Positions 1 to 12,297 of a stretch of 64,000 bases of DNA are shown here, one piece after another. The notes under the pieces are model-generated. The model ran no database searches, was not told the DNA's origin, and saw only the letters and a list, made by a program, of their open reading frames with translations. The stretch covers positions 218,674,001 through 218,738,000 of the forward strand of contig OZ024741.1 of assembly GCA_964016885.1 (NCBI GenBank), written 5' to 3'. The position numbers were made by a program, and so were the translations under genes. Positions within the stretch are counted from its first letter, which is position 1; each line of letters opens with the position of its first letter. This stretch comes from Eledone cirrhosa. Taxonomy: Eukaryota.

Positions 1-34
1 CATGTTTGTGGAATACCCAACTACTTAAATTATA

Positions 35-1250
35 CCAGTTTCTGATTTAGGCATAAGGTCAACAATATTTGAGGAGGAGGGAAAATCAATTAAATTGACC
101 CCAGTGAGTTACTGGTATTTTATCGACCCCGTAAAGCGGGATTTGAACTCAGAACATGATGGACCTGTAGAAATACTGCAAAGCATTTTGTCTGACACGG
201 TAATGTTTCTGTAAATTCACATTTACACTATGATACAAGGTGGACTTGTACCTGTAATTCAAAAGGCCAGCTTTATTACATACTCTGTAATTCTGAATCT
301 CCCTGAGAATTACATTAAGGATACATGTGTTTGTTGAATACTCAGCTACGTATGCTATAATTGTTTCTACTTTTGGCACAAGGCAAACAATTATCCCAGT
401 ACATTACTGGTACTTTATTTTATCGTCCCTGTAAGGATGAAAGGCAAAGTTAACCTCAGTGGGATTTGAACTCAGACTGTAAAGGGACGTAACTCTATGC
501 TACAAAGCATGGTGTCTGACCCTCTACCGATACTGCCAATAAGGTGGACTGTACCTGAAATGCAAAGAGCCAGCCTTGATAGACACTGTGTCATGTTGAA
601 TCTCCCTGAGAATTACATTAAAGGTACGTGTGTCGGAACCTTGTAACCACAGTGTTCTACAGTAAAAGACAGCAAAAGGCTAGTAATCTAGAGGAGGGAG
701 TGGAAAGTTGATTAAATGGACACCAGTACATGACTGGTACTTTATTCTGTGAACCCTTGAAAGTATGAAAGGCATAGTTGACCATGGTAGTATTTGAACT
801 CAGAATATAATGAGGTGTAACAAAACCTGCCATAATAATGGTTTCTCATTTAGACACAAGTCCAGCAATTTCATTGGGGGAGGGGAAAAGTCAATTAAAT
901 CAACCCCAGTGCATTACTGGTACTTTATTTTATCGACTTTGTAAGGATGAAAGGCAAAGCTAACATCGGCAGGATTTGAACTCAGAACGTAAAAGGTCGT
1001 AACTCTATGTTGCAAAGCATGTAGTCTGACGCTCTACCGATTCTGCCAATCCACCACCCTCTGCAAAAATAATTGTTTCTACATTTGGCACAACGCCAGC
1101 AATTACCCAGTGCATTACTGGTACTTTATTTTATCGACTCCGTAACGATGAACGGCAAAGTTAACCTCGGTGGGATTTGAATTCAGAATGGCAAGGGCCG
1201 TAACTCTGTGTCAAAGCATGGCGTCCGACCCTCTACTGAGACTGCCAAAA
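35..1250 (-). mobile_element. Cluster of about 5 tRNA-derived Meta-domain-type SINE copies
   Basis: Minus strand: A box TGGCAGTATCGG, B box GAGTTCAAATCC, core GCCTTTCATCCTTACGGGGTCGATAAAATAAAGTACCAG, (ATT)n tail. Confidence 0.85.
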
Positions 1251-1273
1251 TAATGGTAGACAAATCAACTTAC

Positions 1274-1325
1274 TCATTCCTAGTCCTTGTACCATATACA
1301 AGAAACTTTCAGCAAATTCTTCAGG
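1274..1325 (-). CDS. NDRG-like exon: PEEFAESFLYMVQGLGM
   Basis: ttttag/gtaagt, 52 nt; resembles NDRG PxKLxEAFKYFxQGMG; gene continues beyond position 1. Confidence 0.92.
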
Positions 1326-1414
1326 CTAAAATAGAAATAGAAATGTAAGTATCAGGGCTTTCTATAAATTCATTGTTTAATTCATTAGCATAAGAGGGAT
1401 AAGTTGTATGTAGT

Positions 1415-1675
1415 GAGCGGCAGAGAAGACTGCGATGGTATGGACATGTGATGTGCATGGAGGATGACCGCTGTGTAAAGAAGTGCCAAGAAATCCTAGT
1501 AGAAGGAAGACACAGTAGAGGAAGACCACGAAAAACATGAGCAGACCTCAGATCGCTGAAGCTCACGGAGGAGATGACGAAGGCCCATGACAAATGGAGA
1601 GATGCTGTGCTGAATAGGACCCATCCCACCCTTGCAAGCAGGGAAAAGCGAATGTAAAATGATGATGATGATGAA
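1415..1675 (+). mobile_element. RTE LINE 3' fragment
   Basis: RQRRLRWYGHV...RGRPRKT, then (GAT)n tail. Confidence 0.8.
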
Positions 1676-2575
1676 ACACCTTTTAACATATTTTTACAAT
1701 ATCAACATGCATGTTATAGGTGTGCTACACAATACATTCAAGTTTATCTGTTAAGATAATCAACATCTTTTAGCATCTTTTTACAATGGGTTTTATAAAT
1801 AATCTTCTTTACCCACTTTTTTCTGAGAGGGTTGTGGGTGCAGAATCCTCGACTACTCCTTCCAGCAGGTTCTGTAAGAAGCAATTGTTTCCAACTGATC
1901 TGGTTAGATCCCCACATAAGACCAGCCAAGCAAATGGATGTTATTCAACCAGCTTGCTTGGGGGGTCTACTCCTAGGTCTCCTGCTGGCTGGGTTTTGCC
2001 CATAAAACCTCTCCAGTGATTCTTTCCTGAGACATTCTACCTACATATTTGTAATATCAGAGCTGTGATCTCTCAATTCAGAGAAGTAGTGGTTCTACCT
2101 GGAGTGACTCTCTCATCTCTGAGCTACACACTCTATCGAGTAACATTACTCCAAAGTCCCTTGTTTTATACGTCTGCTACACAATATGTCAGTTAAAGTT
2201 TATCTATTCAGAGATGACTCACACTGTGTCTACCATTTCCCATGTTTCAAAAGCATTACTATCCAACATAGCAGAGAGAAATACAGCTAAACAACAACAA
2301 CAACAACAAGGAATGAAATATGGGCTGGAGCTAGAATAGTTAATGTAAGTGTGAGAGAAAAGGAGGATAAAAATCTGATGGTTTACAGGAATTACCAAAT
2401 ATTATTGATACAATATATATATATGAGCATGACATGGTCACTTGACCTGGCATTGCTCACAACAGGATAACTCCTCTAACCCATGCCAGTGTGGAAAAAT
2501 TGATGTTAAACGGTGATGATATATATCTATGTATATATATATGTATATATATATATATGTGTGTGTGTGTGTGAA

Positions 2576-2775
2576 AAGAGTCAGGACCCTGACGGCTTAG
2601 CTCCAGCTAGATCTAGCTGTTGAAATGGCCGGAGCTCAGCTGTCAGGGTCCTGACTCATTTCCTATTACCTACTCTACTACCCTAAGTATTGAGTACTCT
2701 GGTGCGTTATCGTCCACCTGGTATCTTACCACACCCTCTTTGTTGAAATGACAAGAGCTCAGCCGTCAAGCCTCT
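2576..2775 (+). mobile_element. Penelope-like 3' fragment with short inverted duplication
   Basis: gagtcaggaccctgac...gtcagggtcctgactc hairpin; downstream sequence matches 25620-25745 and, inverted, 53352-53500. Confidence 0.65.
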
Positions 2776-3174
2776 ACTCTTTATAATATATAGATATAAT
2801 ATATTGATATATATATGTATGCATATATATGTGTGCGTATGTATTTATACATACACATACACACACACACACGCACACATATATATATATATAATTGTTT
2901 CTACTATTGGCACAAGGCCAGCAATTACCCAGTACATTACTGGTACTTTATTTTATCGACCCCGTAAGGATGAAAGGCAAAGTTAACCTTGGCGGGATTT
3001 GAACTCAGAATGGCAAGGGCCGTAACTCTCTGCATCAAATCATGGCGTCCGACCCTCTACCGATACTCATGGTGTCCTTGTGAGCTGAACAATCTAAACA
3101 GCTAAGCCCCACCTCCATCTTTACAAAACTAGATGAAAACAATAAAAAAGACAGCAACGATATAGTAGACTTAC

Positions 3175-3322
3175 TCTTTCTGTTAAGACATTAGCAACTC
3201 CATCAACTTCAAGGAGTTCCAGAGATTTCCTGTTGCTCACTTTGTTCATCATAGCTTGGTAGAGAGTGTGTACAGTATGGTTAAATGATGCCTTGGAACC
3301 GGTCACCAACAAACAAGGGCAG
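3175..3322 (-). CDS. NDRG-like exon: CPCLLVTGSKASFNHTVHTLYQAMMNKVSNRKSLELLEVDGVANVLTER
   Basis: ctgcag/gtaagt, 148 nt; CPxLLVxG resembles NDRG CPxLLVVGD. Confidence 0.93.
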
Positions 3323-3431
3323 CTGCAGTACAGAATTACAATATGATTTATATAACAATATATGAAATTTATATCAAAACTATATGAAATATATAAAAAC
3401 AATATATGTAATATATAGCAACAATATAAAA

Positions 3432-3753
3432 ATGGGGTAAAGATCCTCTTTGGTCACAAATGACCATGGGATTTACACCTAGAAAGTTCCCCTCCGAGGC
3501 ACAAGTCTGGGCAAGGTTGTTTGTGGAAGACCAGCAGTCATCCAGGTATACCAGTCTCCTCTCTCCACGTCACTGATGTTCTCCAAGGGATGTTCTAAAG
3601 GTTGATGCAGCTTGACACCAGTGTCGTTACAACACATTTCTACAGCTGAGTAAACTGGAGTGGGAGACAACACACAACTTGGTCCAGCAATCGAACCCTC
3701 AACCACACTATTGTAAGCCCAATGCCCTAACCACTAAGTCAAGAGACTTCACA
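3432..3753 (-). mobile_element. tRNA-headed SINE of another family
   Basis: Minus strand cttagtggttagggc A box and gggttcgatt B box. Confidence 0.65.
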
Positions 3754-3946
3754 CTCTGTTATATATATGTAATATATAATCACAAAATTTGTAATAATGA
3801 ATTACAATATGTTATATATCCCAACAATATATGTTATATATAAAAACCCTATATGTTATATATAACAACAATATATGTTATATATAACAACAATATATGT
3901 CATATATACCAACACTATATGTTATATATAACAATACTATGTTATA

Positions 3947-5431
3947 CTAGCTGGCTCGTCCGGCTTGGCGCCCGGCTAGGTATACTGGCATTTTATTTTT
4001 TCAGTAATCCCCCCTCCACTCCAGTGCAAAGATACTGCACGCCCTCTCAAGTCAGTGAGGGGGGGGGGAGGGGGGGGGGAGGGGGGGTTAACGTGCTCCG
4101 ATGTTGGGTTTGAATAGTTTTTAGGATTCCCCAGTTCAGCAGTTAAAGAAAATTGATAGTTACAACAATAAAGGTTGAACAGAGAACACATTTTTAAACA
4201 AACTTTACAATAATTTGTACAACCATAATGGGAATTCCAAGTAAAAGAAAATACATAAATTACATTGTTAGAGCCTCAGAGTATACAATATTTTTTGTTC
4301 GGCCCTCGGGGGCAAAGATGAAGAGATTGTTTGGCGAGCTCACCCTAGAGCATCCTACATACAATTGACCATGGGAGAAGCATGGTTTTCCCAGATGAAG
4401 GCCAGCCACTTTTAGGGTTTGACCCTGAGCGTTGTTGATGGTAATCCTGAAGCTTAGTCTCTCTGTTGCTCTAATAACACTTTTTCTTTTGGAAAATGTG
4501 ATCTTGCGGCCAGGCTAGGATTTTTTGGGGTGGCATATCGGCAGTAACAATGACGATAAGCCGTCTGTGCTTTCATGAAATAAATACGTTTGTTTATATT
4601 TTGTTTTTGTGTATGCAAAAATATCTGTACACGAATATATGATTATATATATATATATATATTAAAATAACAGATTAAAGTTTAAGCAAAGAATCACTGC
4701 TTTTACCCTTAACAGGATCTTCTGAAACTAAAAAAATCAATCTGTGAACGCAGAAGTAAATATTTCGAAAAACGTTGCAACTGAAGGAAAACAAGAAGAC
4801 GATACTTTGGTTCATGAAGATGTTCCCTGGCAATGAACGGAAAAAAGCAAAGATAATACGTCAGCAATGAGAACAATATTTGCTCTGGGGTTCTTATATA
4901 TTTGATATATATTTATCCTTATCGAACCCTCTTTGGATTTTAGTCTTCACATTTATTATTATTACTAATTATATATATATATAATTAATTATTGAGAGAG
5001 TGTGCGGTATCTTTGCACTGAATTAATTAAAAGTTGGTTAGAAGCAAGTCAATGCAGACAGGCAGCCAGACAGACAGATATTATAAGTGTGCGACATTAT
5101 AGCTATGTATCTAATGCAGATAGCCAGACATACAGAGACATATTATAAGGGCGCGATGTTAAGGTTATGTATCTATCTAAAAAGACAGACTAAGAAAAAG
5201 AGAGGAATGTCGTATAACCAGAAATGTTGACATTTGAAAATTTTAAAGAAGTGAATATTTAAATAAACGATAAAATATCTTTAATCTTTTAACGAAATTT
5301 AGAAGACAAAAATAACCTCACTTTCTTAGTTGGAAAAAGTTACATCTATGGTGCAAATTTGGTGCTTTTTGATCCAGCCGTTTGGCGAAAAGTTTGTTAC
5401 ATACATACGGACGTCAGCTTTATAACATAGA
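3947..5431 (-). mobile_element. Non-autonomous Helitron with RepHel helicase C-terminal remnant
   Basis: 5' TC, 3' ccgg...ccgg hairpin plus CTAG, A|T site; about 4260-4460 encodes ITINNAQGQTLKVAGLHLGKPCFSHGQLYVGCSRV...TKNIVYSEAL; splits an approximately 20-bp minisatellite. Confidence 0.9.
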
Positions 5432-5813
5432 TATAACAACACTATGTTATATATAGCAATTCTTTGATATATATAACAACACTATATGTTATATATAGCA
5501 ATACTATGTTATATATAACAATACTAAATCTTGTACATAATACTATATGCTACCTATAGCAATAATATATGTTGTATATAGTGACAATTGGCAACAATGT
5601 ATTGGAGATATATGCGTGTGTATGCATACATATATACATACACACACACTCACACACACATGCAAATCTACACCCACATGCACACACACACACGCGCGCG
5701 CACACGCACACATACATGCACACACACACACACACACACACACGTATGAAATGAAACTGGACATTTAGTCAACAGAACCAGACAAAGAGTGGAATAGAAG
5801 AAATCCTACTTAC

Positions 5814-5849
5814 GATACTTTGCCGATAGTTTCAGCAATGCTGCTCCGA
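5814..5849 (-). CDS. NDRG-like exon: (N)RSSIAETIGKV(S)
   Basis: ttccag/gtaagt, 36 nt, phase 2-2; bridges the flanking exons in frame. Confidence 0.88.
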
Positions 5850-6723
5850 CTGGAATATAGAAAAGAAAAATGTGTATGTGTATTAGATGTAAGGGAGATA
5901 ATTATAAAGATAAGGACAGTAACTCATGACACACAAGAAAGATAACTCTAGGTAAGTGCAGTAAGTAAATAATTAATTTTCCTACTTTTGGCACAAGGCC
6001 AGCAATAACCCATTGTATTACTGGTACTTTATTTTATCGACCTTGGCAGGATTTGAAGTCACACCATAAAGGGCCGTAACTCTTTGCTGCAAAGATTGGC
6101 GTCCGACCCTCTACCGATATTGCCAGAAGAATCAATAGCACCTCTCCCCTCTCACCAAAAGAAATTCAGTTGATTGTTAAAGAGAGTAAACATAACCGTA
6201 CATAGTCAGACAACCTGCTAGAAATAGTAGGCAAATATTCCTCAACCTTTGGCCTAATAATTGTTTCAACTTTTGGCACAAGGCCAGCAAATACCTAGTG
6301 TATTACTGGTACTTTATTTTGTCGACCCTGTAAGGATGAAAGGCAAAGTTAACCTCGGCAGGATTTGAACTCAGAATGGAAAGGGCCGTAACTCTATGCG
6401 TCAAAGCATCCGACCCTCTACCGATACTGCCAATCCACCACCTGTCTTAAAACGAGAGAATAAATTGAATAATATGATACAAGATATACTCTGTTGAATA
6501 AACCCCCCAGAAAACTGGTTGGTCATAGTTTAGAAACACCTTTGACCACAGTTCTGGACAACCAGTGCAGAAATATTTGAGCAATATAGTGTTGGGTTAA
6601 ATTACATCATTATGTCTACTGTGGTATGTCCTTCAGCTAGGTACACAACTATCAAATAATTCTCAATGTTTTATGGTTTAGTCAGGTGAAGTAATTGACA
6701 GACATTATGGCATTAAATTACTT

Positions 6724-6900
6724 AGCAGTATTGGTAGAGGGTCGGACGCCATGCTTTCCAGAATAGTTACATCCCTTTCTATTCTGAGTTCAAAACCCGC
6801 CGAGGTTAACTTTGCCTTTCATCCTTACGGGTTCAATAAAATAAAGTACCAGTAATGCACTGGGATAATTGCTGGCCTTGTGCCAAAAGTAGAAATAATT
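6724..6900 (+). mobile_element. Meta-type SINE in the rare + orientation, with duplicated flank (about 6610-6720 = 6900-7010)
   Basis: Reverse complement of the common copies; about 110-bp direct repeat on both sides. Confidence 0.8.
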
Positions 6901-7716
6901 ATGTCTACTGTGATATGTCCTTCAGCTAGGCACACAACTACCAAATGATTCTCATATGTTTTATGGTTTAGTCAGTTGAAGGAATTAACAGACATTATGG
7001 CATTAAATTAAACCCCACTGATGGAGGAAGAGTTCCTCTACCATTGATCTGGTGATTGATTTCTCTGGTAGTTGGACAACCACTAAAAACTGAGACCAAC
7101 TGTTTATCGTTGTTCTCTTTTCAGCATAATCACAATTGCTGCATATCCCTGCAGAGGGGCTTGCCAGGTACTACGCCTTACCAAAGGGCAACCTGGAATT
7201 TGGTCGAGGACTACTTATTTAATATATTCACAGCAACCTTCCTATCTCATAGCAGTTCTTCCATCTGCCATCTGGGACCGCATTATTATGGAAGTTCTCT
7301 CCTCCACAATACCAACACACACACATTTATATATATATATTATATATGTATGTATGTATCACGTTCCCGCTGAGGGATTCATAGGGGTGCTGCATTGACA
7401 TATGTTTCTAGGGCAATTTTAAAAGCTGGCAGAGCTTATCTGCTTTCTAGGTCTGAATAAAGCAGATTTCTTCTAGAGAAGGTTAAAGAGGGAGAGAATG
7501 GAAGTGAGAGAGAGCTATAGAGGAAGAATTGACCGAAAATGTGAAAACTAAAGGGAGACTTATCAGGGGACAGAATGGTAGAAAATATACAATAAATTAA
7601 GTTTGTTTCCATAAAAATCAATTTTTAAAAAGCAGACATAAAACCTCTTACAAACTTAAAAGAAATAAAAAAAGAAATCCCCTGCCCCCTCCCACAAAAA
7701 ACATTTAAGTCCTTAC

Positions 7717-7832
7717 TTCATAAATGCTTCGACAAATTTCTTCAAATTTTTTGCATTTATCTTTGAACGCAAAGATTCCGTGAAAGTTTTGATGGCAAAT
7801 TCGAGCTGTTCTTTATTTTCAGCTTTTTCAAA
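7717..7832 (-). CDS. NDRG-like exon: FEKAENKEQLEFAIKTFTESLRSKINAKNLKKFVEAFM
   Basis: atccag/gtaagg, 116 nt, phase 0-2. Confidence 0.92.
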
Positions 7833-8434
7833 CTGGATGGACAAATGCCAAATAAAAAATAAAAAGTAAAAGAAAATTAATAAAATACATAGAATACATA
7901 AAAATACATAAAAATACATAAAAATACAAAATAAATATATCAGTTTCAAGAATTAACATATGACAGTTCTCTGTTAGTTTAGTTTTTGTTTTATATAGAT
8001 ATATATAGTCAAAGGAATTTTAAAATTTACTTTACTGAAAGAGTAAAAGCTTTGAATACACTCTACTAATTTAATGTACTCTAATTTTAATGAAACACAA
8101 CTAACTCTATCAAGTGAGTAATAGATATGACTTACTTCTGTGGATTTTTTAAGAACGATTATTTACAATTATTTTCCTGTAAATATTTAAAGAACTATAA
8201 GTTTTAATTAGCAAGTTATATGTTTGATTATTATTCTCTCTGAATTTTAAGAACTATAATTGCCAGGTTATATGTAAGACTATTATTCTCTGAAAAGTAA
8301 TTGCATTTCATGTTGTACTTTAAATTTATTGAGAGAAAAGCATTTAGAGTATTTTCAACATCATTATTTTTTCCTCCACATACACACACATTCACTCCCA
8401 AATATATATATATATATATATATATGTTTGTGTG

Positions 8435-8487
<53 letters not shown>

Positions 8488-8492
<5 letters not shown>

Positions 8493-8786
8493 TAAGTGAG
8501 AAAAGTAAACAAGATAAAATTAAAATTTACTAATTTACTATGATGTCTTGACTGCAGTTTCACTGTGTAACGTCAGCTTTGGATATACCAATACTTTAGG
8601 ATATCCATTACTGTGAGACTTCACAGCTACTCAGGGAAAGAATTTTTTCTAGGATTGAGAAGTTCTCTGAGTAGCTGTGAAGTCTCACAGTGATGGATAT
8701 TGTAAATTGTTGGAATATCGAAGCTGGTGTTACACAGTGAAACTGCAGTCTTTTAGCGTGTTTACTTTTCCCACATATAATTTTAT
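8488..8786. repeat. Long imperfect palindrome beside (TA)n
   Basis: gactgcagtttcactgtgtaac...gttacacagtgaaactgcagtc. Confidence 0.9.
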
Positions 8787-8872
8787 AATGCTCTGACTTG
8801 ACTGATTTTAATTAATTCTTTCATTGAACAAAACTGATAATAGTTGGACATCCTCATATGTTTTTCTGTACT

Positions 8873-8923
<51 letters not shown>

Positions 8924-9009
8924 TCAATGATTTTATATATATACACAAAAAAAAAAAGATGTTAACACAGATGTTTACATAATTGTTTTAATGCATTATA
9001 TGTATTTCA

Positions 9010-9498
9010 ATGACATGGTGGCTAATAATGATGCAGTGCTTACATTAGTAATAGGGATCCATGTGGTATCATCAGATGCTAACTTAATTATGTAAAGTAG
9101 TTATATTGGTATATTGATATGCCACAAGTAAAATAGTACCATCCTGATGTAAAGCAAGCAAACATATTACATACTGTATCTAACTACTTATTGGTGTTTA
9201 TGTGGCAGAAGTATCTACTTTCTGATTGGTGGAATTTGCTGAATCAAAATGAACTTTTCTTTGAGACTGCAAATTCCACCAATCAGAAAGTAGATACTTC
9301 TGTCACATAAACACTAGTAAGAAGCTAGATACAGTATGTAATATATTCGCTTGCTTTACATCGGGGTGGCACCACTTTACTTGTGGCATATCAATATACC
9401 AATATAACTACTTCACATAATTGTGTTAGCATCTGATGATACCACATGGATCCCTATTACTGATGTAAGCACTGCATCATCATTAGCCACGATGTCAC
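9010..9498. repeat. About 490-bp palindrome
   Basis: Arms of about 230 bp, e.g. tctactttctgattggtggaatttgc / gcaaattccaccaatcagaaagtaga. Confidence 0.92.
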
Positions 9499-9864
9499 AT
9501 ATACAATTATAATTTCTAATCAATTGTTAATCAAATTTAATAAATTTTTTCAACTATTATCTATAGCAATCAACTTCTATTACAATTGTTTTCTGCATTT
9601 GGAACTCTCATGCTTCTAAGTTTTGAAATATATATATATATAAACACACACACACACACATGAATATAAAATCAGAACTATGTAATACATTCATATCTTA
9701 CACACACATATATATATATATTGTGATTATATATATTTATATATAATATAGATATATACTATGATTATACATATATATATATATGTATATAATCATGATG
9801 TAATATGTTAATATCTATTATTGTATATTTATAATCATAAAGTGTTTAATATGTTAATATCTAT

Positions 9865-9978
<114 letters not shown>

Positions 9979-10261
9979 CTGTACTACATGACTATATTAT
10001 TATAACTACATGTATATTAGTTATTTAGCTGTTATTATTATTAATATCTAGTTTAATTGTCATTAGTTCATATAATTAAACAATAATTAAAGCAAACACA
10101 ATTAATTGCTTTTGTTATTTTGTTACAGTGTGTTTATGTTTATTTGATGTTGTATTCTTGTAATTAATTAAACATTATATATTAAACATTTTTCATAATA
10201 TAAAATAATATGGTATAGTATAATATATTTGTTTACCATGGATAAGTCAACCAAGATTTAC

Positions 10262-10270
10262 TTTACTTTC
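10262..10270 (-). CDS. Candidate 9-nt microexon ESK
   Basis: cattgcatgtcattaactatgttaaacag|GAAAGTAAA|gtaaat; phase 0-0. Confidence 0.35.
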
Positions 10271-10542
10271 CTGTTTAACATAGTTAATGACATGCAATGA
10301 AACCACAGAGCAATAATAATAATAATAATAATAATAATGATAATAATAATATTAATATTAATAATTGTTTCTACTTTAGGCACAAGGCCAGCAATTACCC
10401 AGTACATTACTGGTACTTTATTTTATCGACCCCCGTAAGGATGAAAGGCAAAGTTAACCTCGGCCGGATTTGAACTCAGATCATAAAGGGCCGTAACTCT
10501 ATGCTGCAAAGCATGGCGTCCAACCCTCTACCGATACTGCCA

Positions 10543-10589
<47 letters not shown>

Positions 10590-10594
<5 letters not shown>

Positions 10595-10860
10595 GTAAAA
10601 AGGATTTGGAACTGCCATGAAGTCAAAGTGATCCCGATTGTCATAGGCGCACTAGGGACTATCTCAAAAAGTTTCCAGGGATGGTTAAAGAAAATTGGCC
10701 CCTTCGCGCTTTTTGGAACGCTTCAAAAGGCATGCTTGCTGGGAACAGCAAGAACCCTCCGATACGTCCTGAATATCTGAGGCTGCAGGTAGTGGCTTGA
10801 TATTCACCTCAACAAACTTTCCAGTTAACTAACATCAATGACTGAGACTCAAAGAGTAAT
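10590..10860 (+). mobile_element. R4/Dong-type non-LTR retrotransposon 3' end in (TAA)n
   Basis: VIPIVIGALGTISK...LQKACLLGTARTLRYVLNI*; (AAT)n on both sides. Confidence 0.8.
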
Positions 10861-10864
10861 AACA

Positions 10865-10909
<45 letters not shown>

Positions 10910-11134
10910 GCAATAATGATAATTATTATCCTTGTTATAAACAGTAACAATAACAACAATAATTTAAAAAAAACAGCAACAGTAATAGTAATACAAAAAC
11001 AATAGTATTTCTAAAACAAGTCATATTAACAACATAAAAAGAAATAGTATTTCTTTTTAAAATATTGTAACTTAGTTTGAACCAATTAACATCTGTAAAT
11101 TATGGAAAATATTGCAGCAAAATATAAGGCAGGT

Positions 11135-12095
11135 GATTGGACACCATTGTACAACTATAGGGTGAAGTATAAGGTCTGTATGTGCACACCATTGTACCCT
11201 TATAGTGTGAATTATAAGGGTAGTGGGTGAACACTATTGTACCTCCATAGGGTGAAGTATAAGGGGAGTATGTGCACACCATTGTACCCTTATAGTGTGA
11301 ATTATAAGGGGAGTGAACCAACAGAATTGTACCCTATAGTGTGAAATATAAGCTTAGTGAGTGGACAGTATTGTACTATGTAGTGTGAAATATAAGCTTA
11401 GTGAGTGGACAGTATTGTACTATGTAGTGTGAAATATAAGCTTAGTGAGTGGACTGTATTGTACCCTATAGTGTGAAATATAAGCTTAGTGAGTGGACAG
11501 TATTGTACTATGTAGTGTGAAATATAAGCTTAGTGAGTGGACAGTATTGTACTATGTAGTGTGAAATATAAGCTTAGTGAGTGGACTGTATTGTACCCTA
11601 TAGTGTGAAATATAAGCTTAGTGAGTGGACAGTATTGTACTATGTAGTGTGAAATATAAGCTTAGTGAGTGGACTGTATTGTACCCTATAGTGTGAAATA
11701 TAAGCTTAGTGAGTGGACAATATTGTACTATGTAGTGTGAAATATAAGCTTAGTGAGTGGACTGTATTGTACCCTATAGTGTGAAATATAAGCTTAGTGA
11801 GTGGACAGTATTGTACTATGTAGTGTGAAATATAAGCTTAGTGAGTGGACTGTATTGTACCCTATAGTGTGAAATATAAGCTTAGTGAGTGGACAGTATT
11901 GTACTATGTAGTGTGAAATATAAGCTTAGTGAGTGGACAGTATTGTACTATGTAGTGTGAAATAAAAGCTTAGTGAGTGGACAGTATTGTACTCCTATAG
12001 TGTGAAATATAAGCTGTGAGTGCCCATCGTTGTACCATATAGTGTGAAATATAACCCTTGTGAATAGACATCATTGTACTACAATGGTGGGAAAT
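11135..12095. repeat. 44-bp minisatellite, about 21 copies
   Basis: tagtgtgaaatataagcttagtgagtggacagtattgtactatg; related units again at 15577-15650. Confidence 0.95.
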
Positions 12096-12297
12096 ATAAG
12101 AGTATGCAGAGCTGTAGTAGATTTCACTGATTGACACTGGATGGTCTTTAGTAGTGTCCCTCTGTGTCCCAGTGTCTGATCAACATGCCATTCAGTGAAC
12201 TGATGACACACAATATATGCTCACTCAAGCTGTGCTCCTAGCCTCTCTCAGTTCAAATGCCGATGTTTGGTGACAAGCCACATCGTACACGAGGTCG

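Noticed and set aside
8136-8176. 41-nt AG/GT unit with gtaagt donor
   Set aside because: Stops in all three frames; at best a poison exon, with no other support
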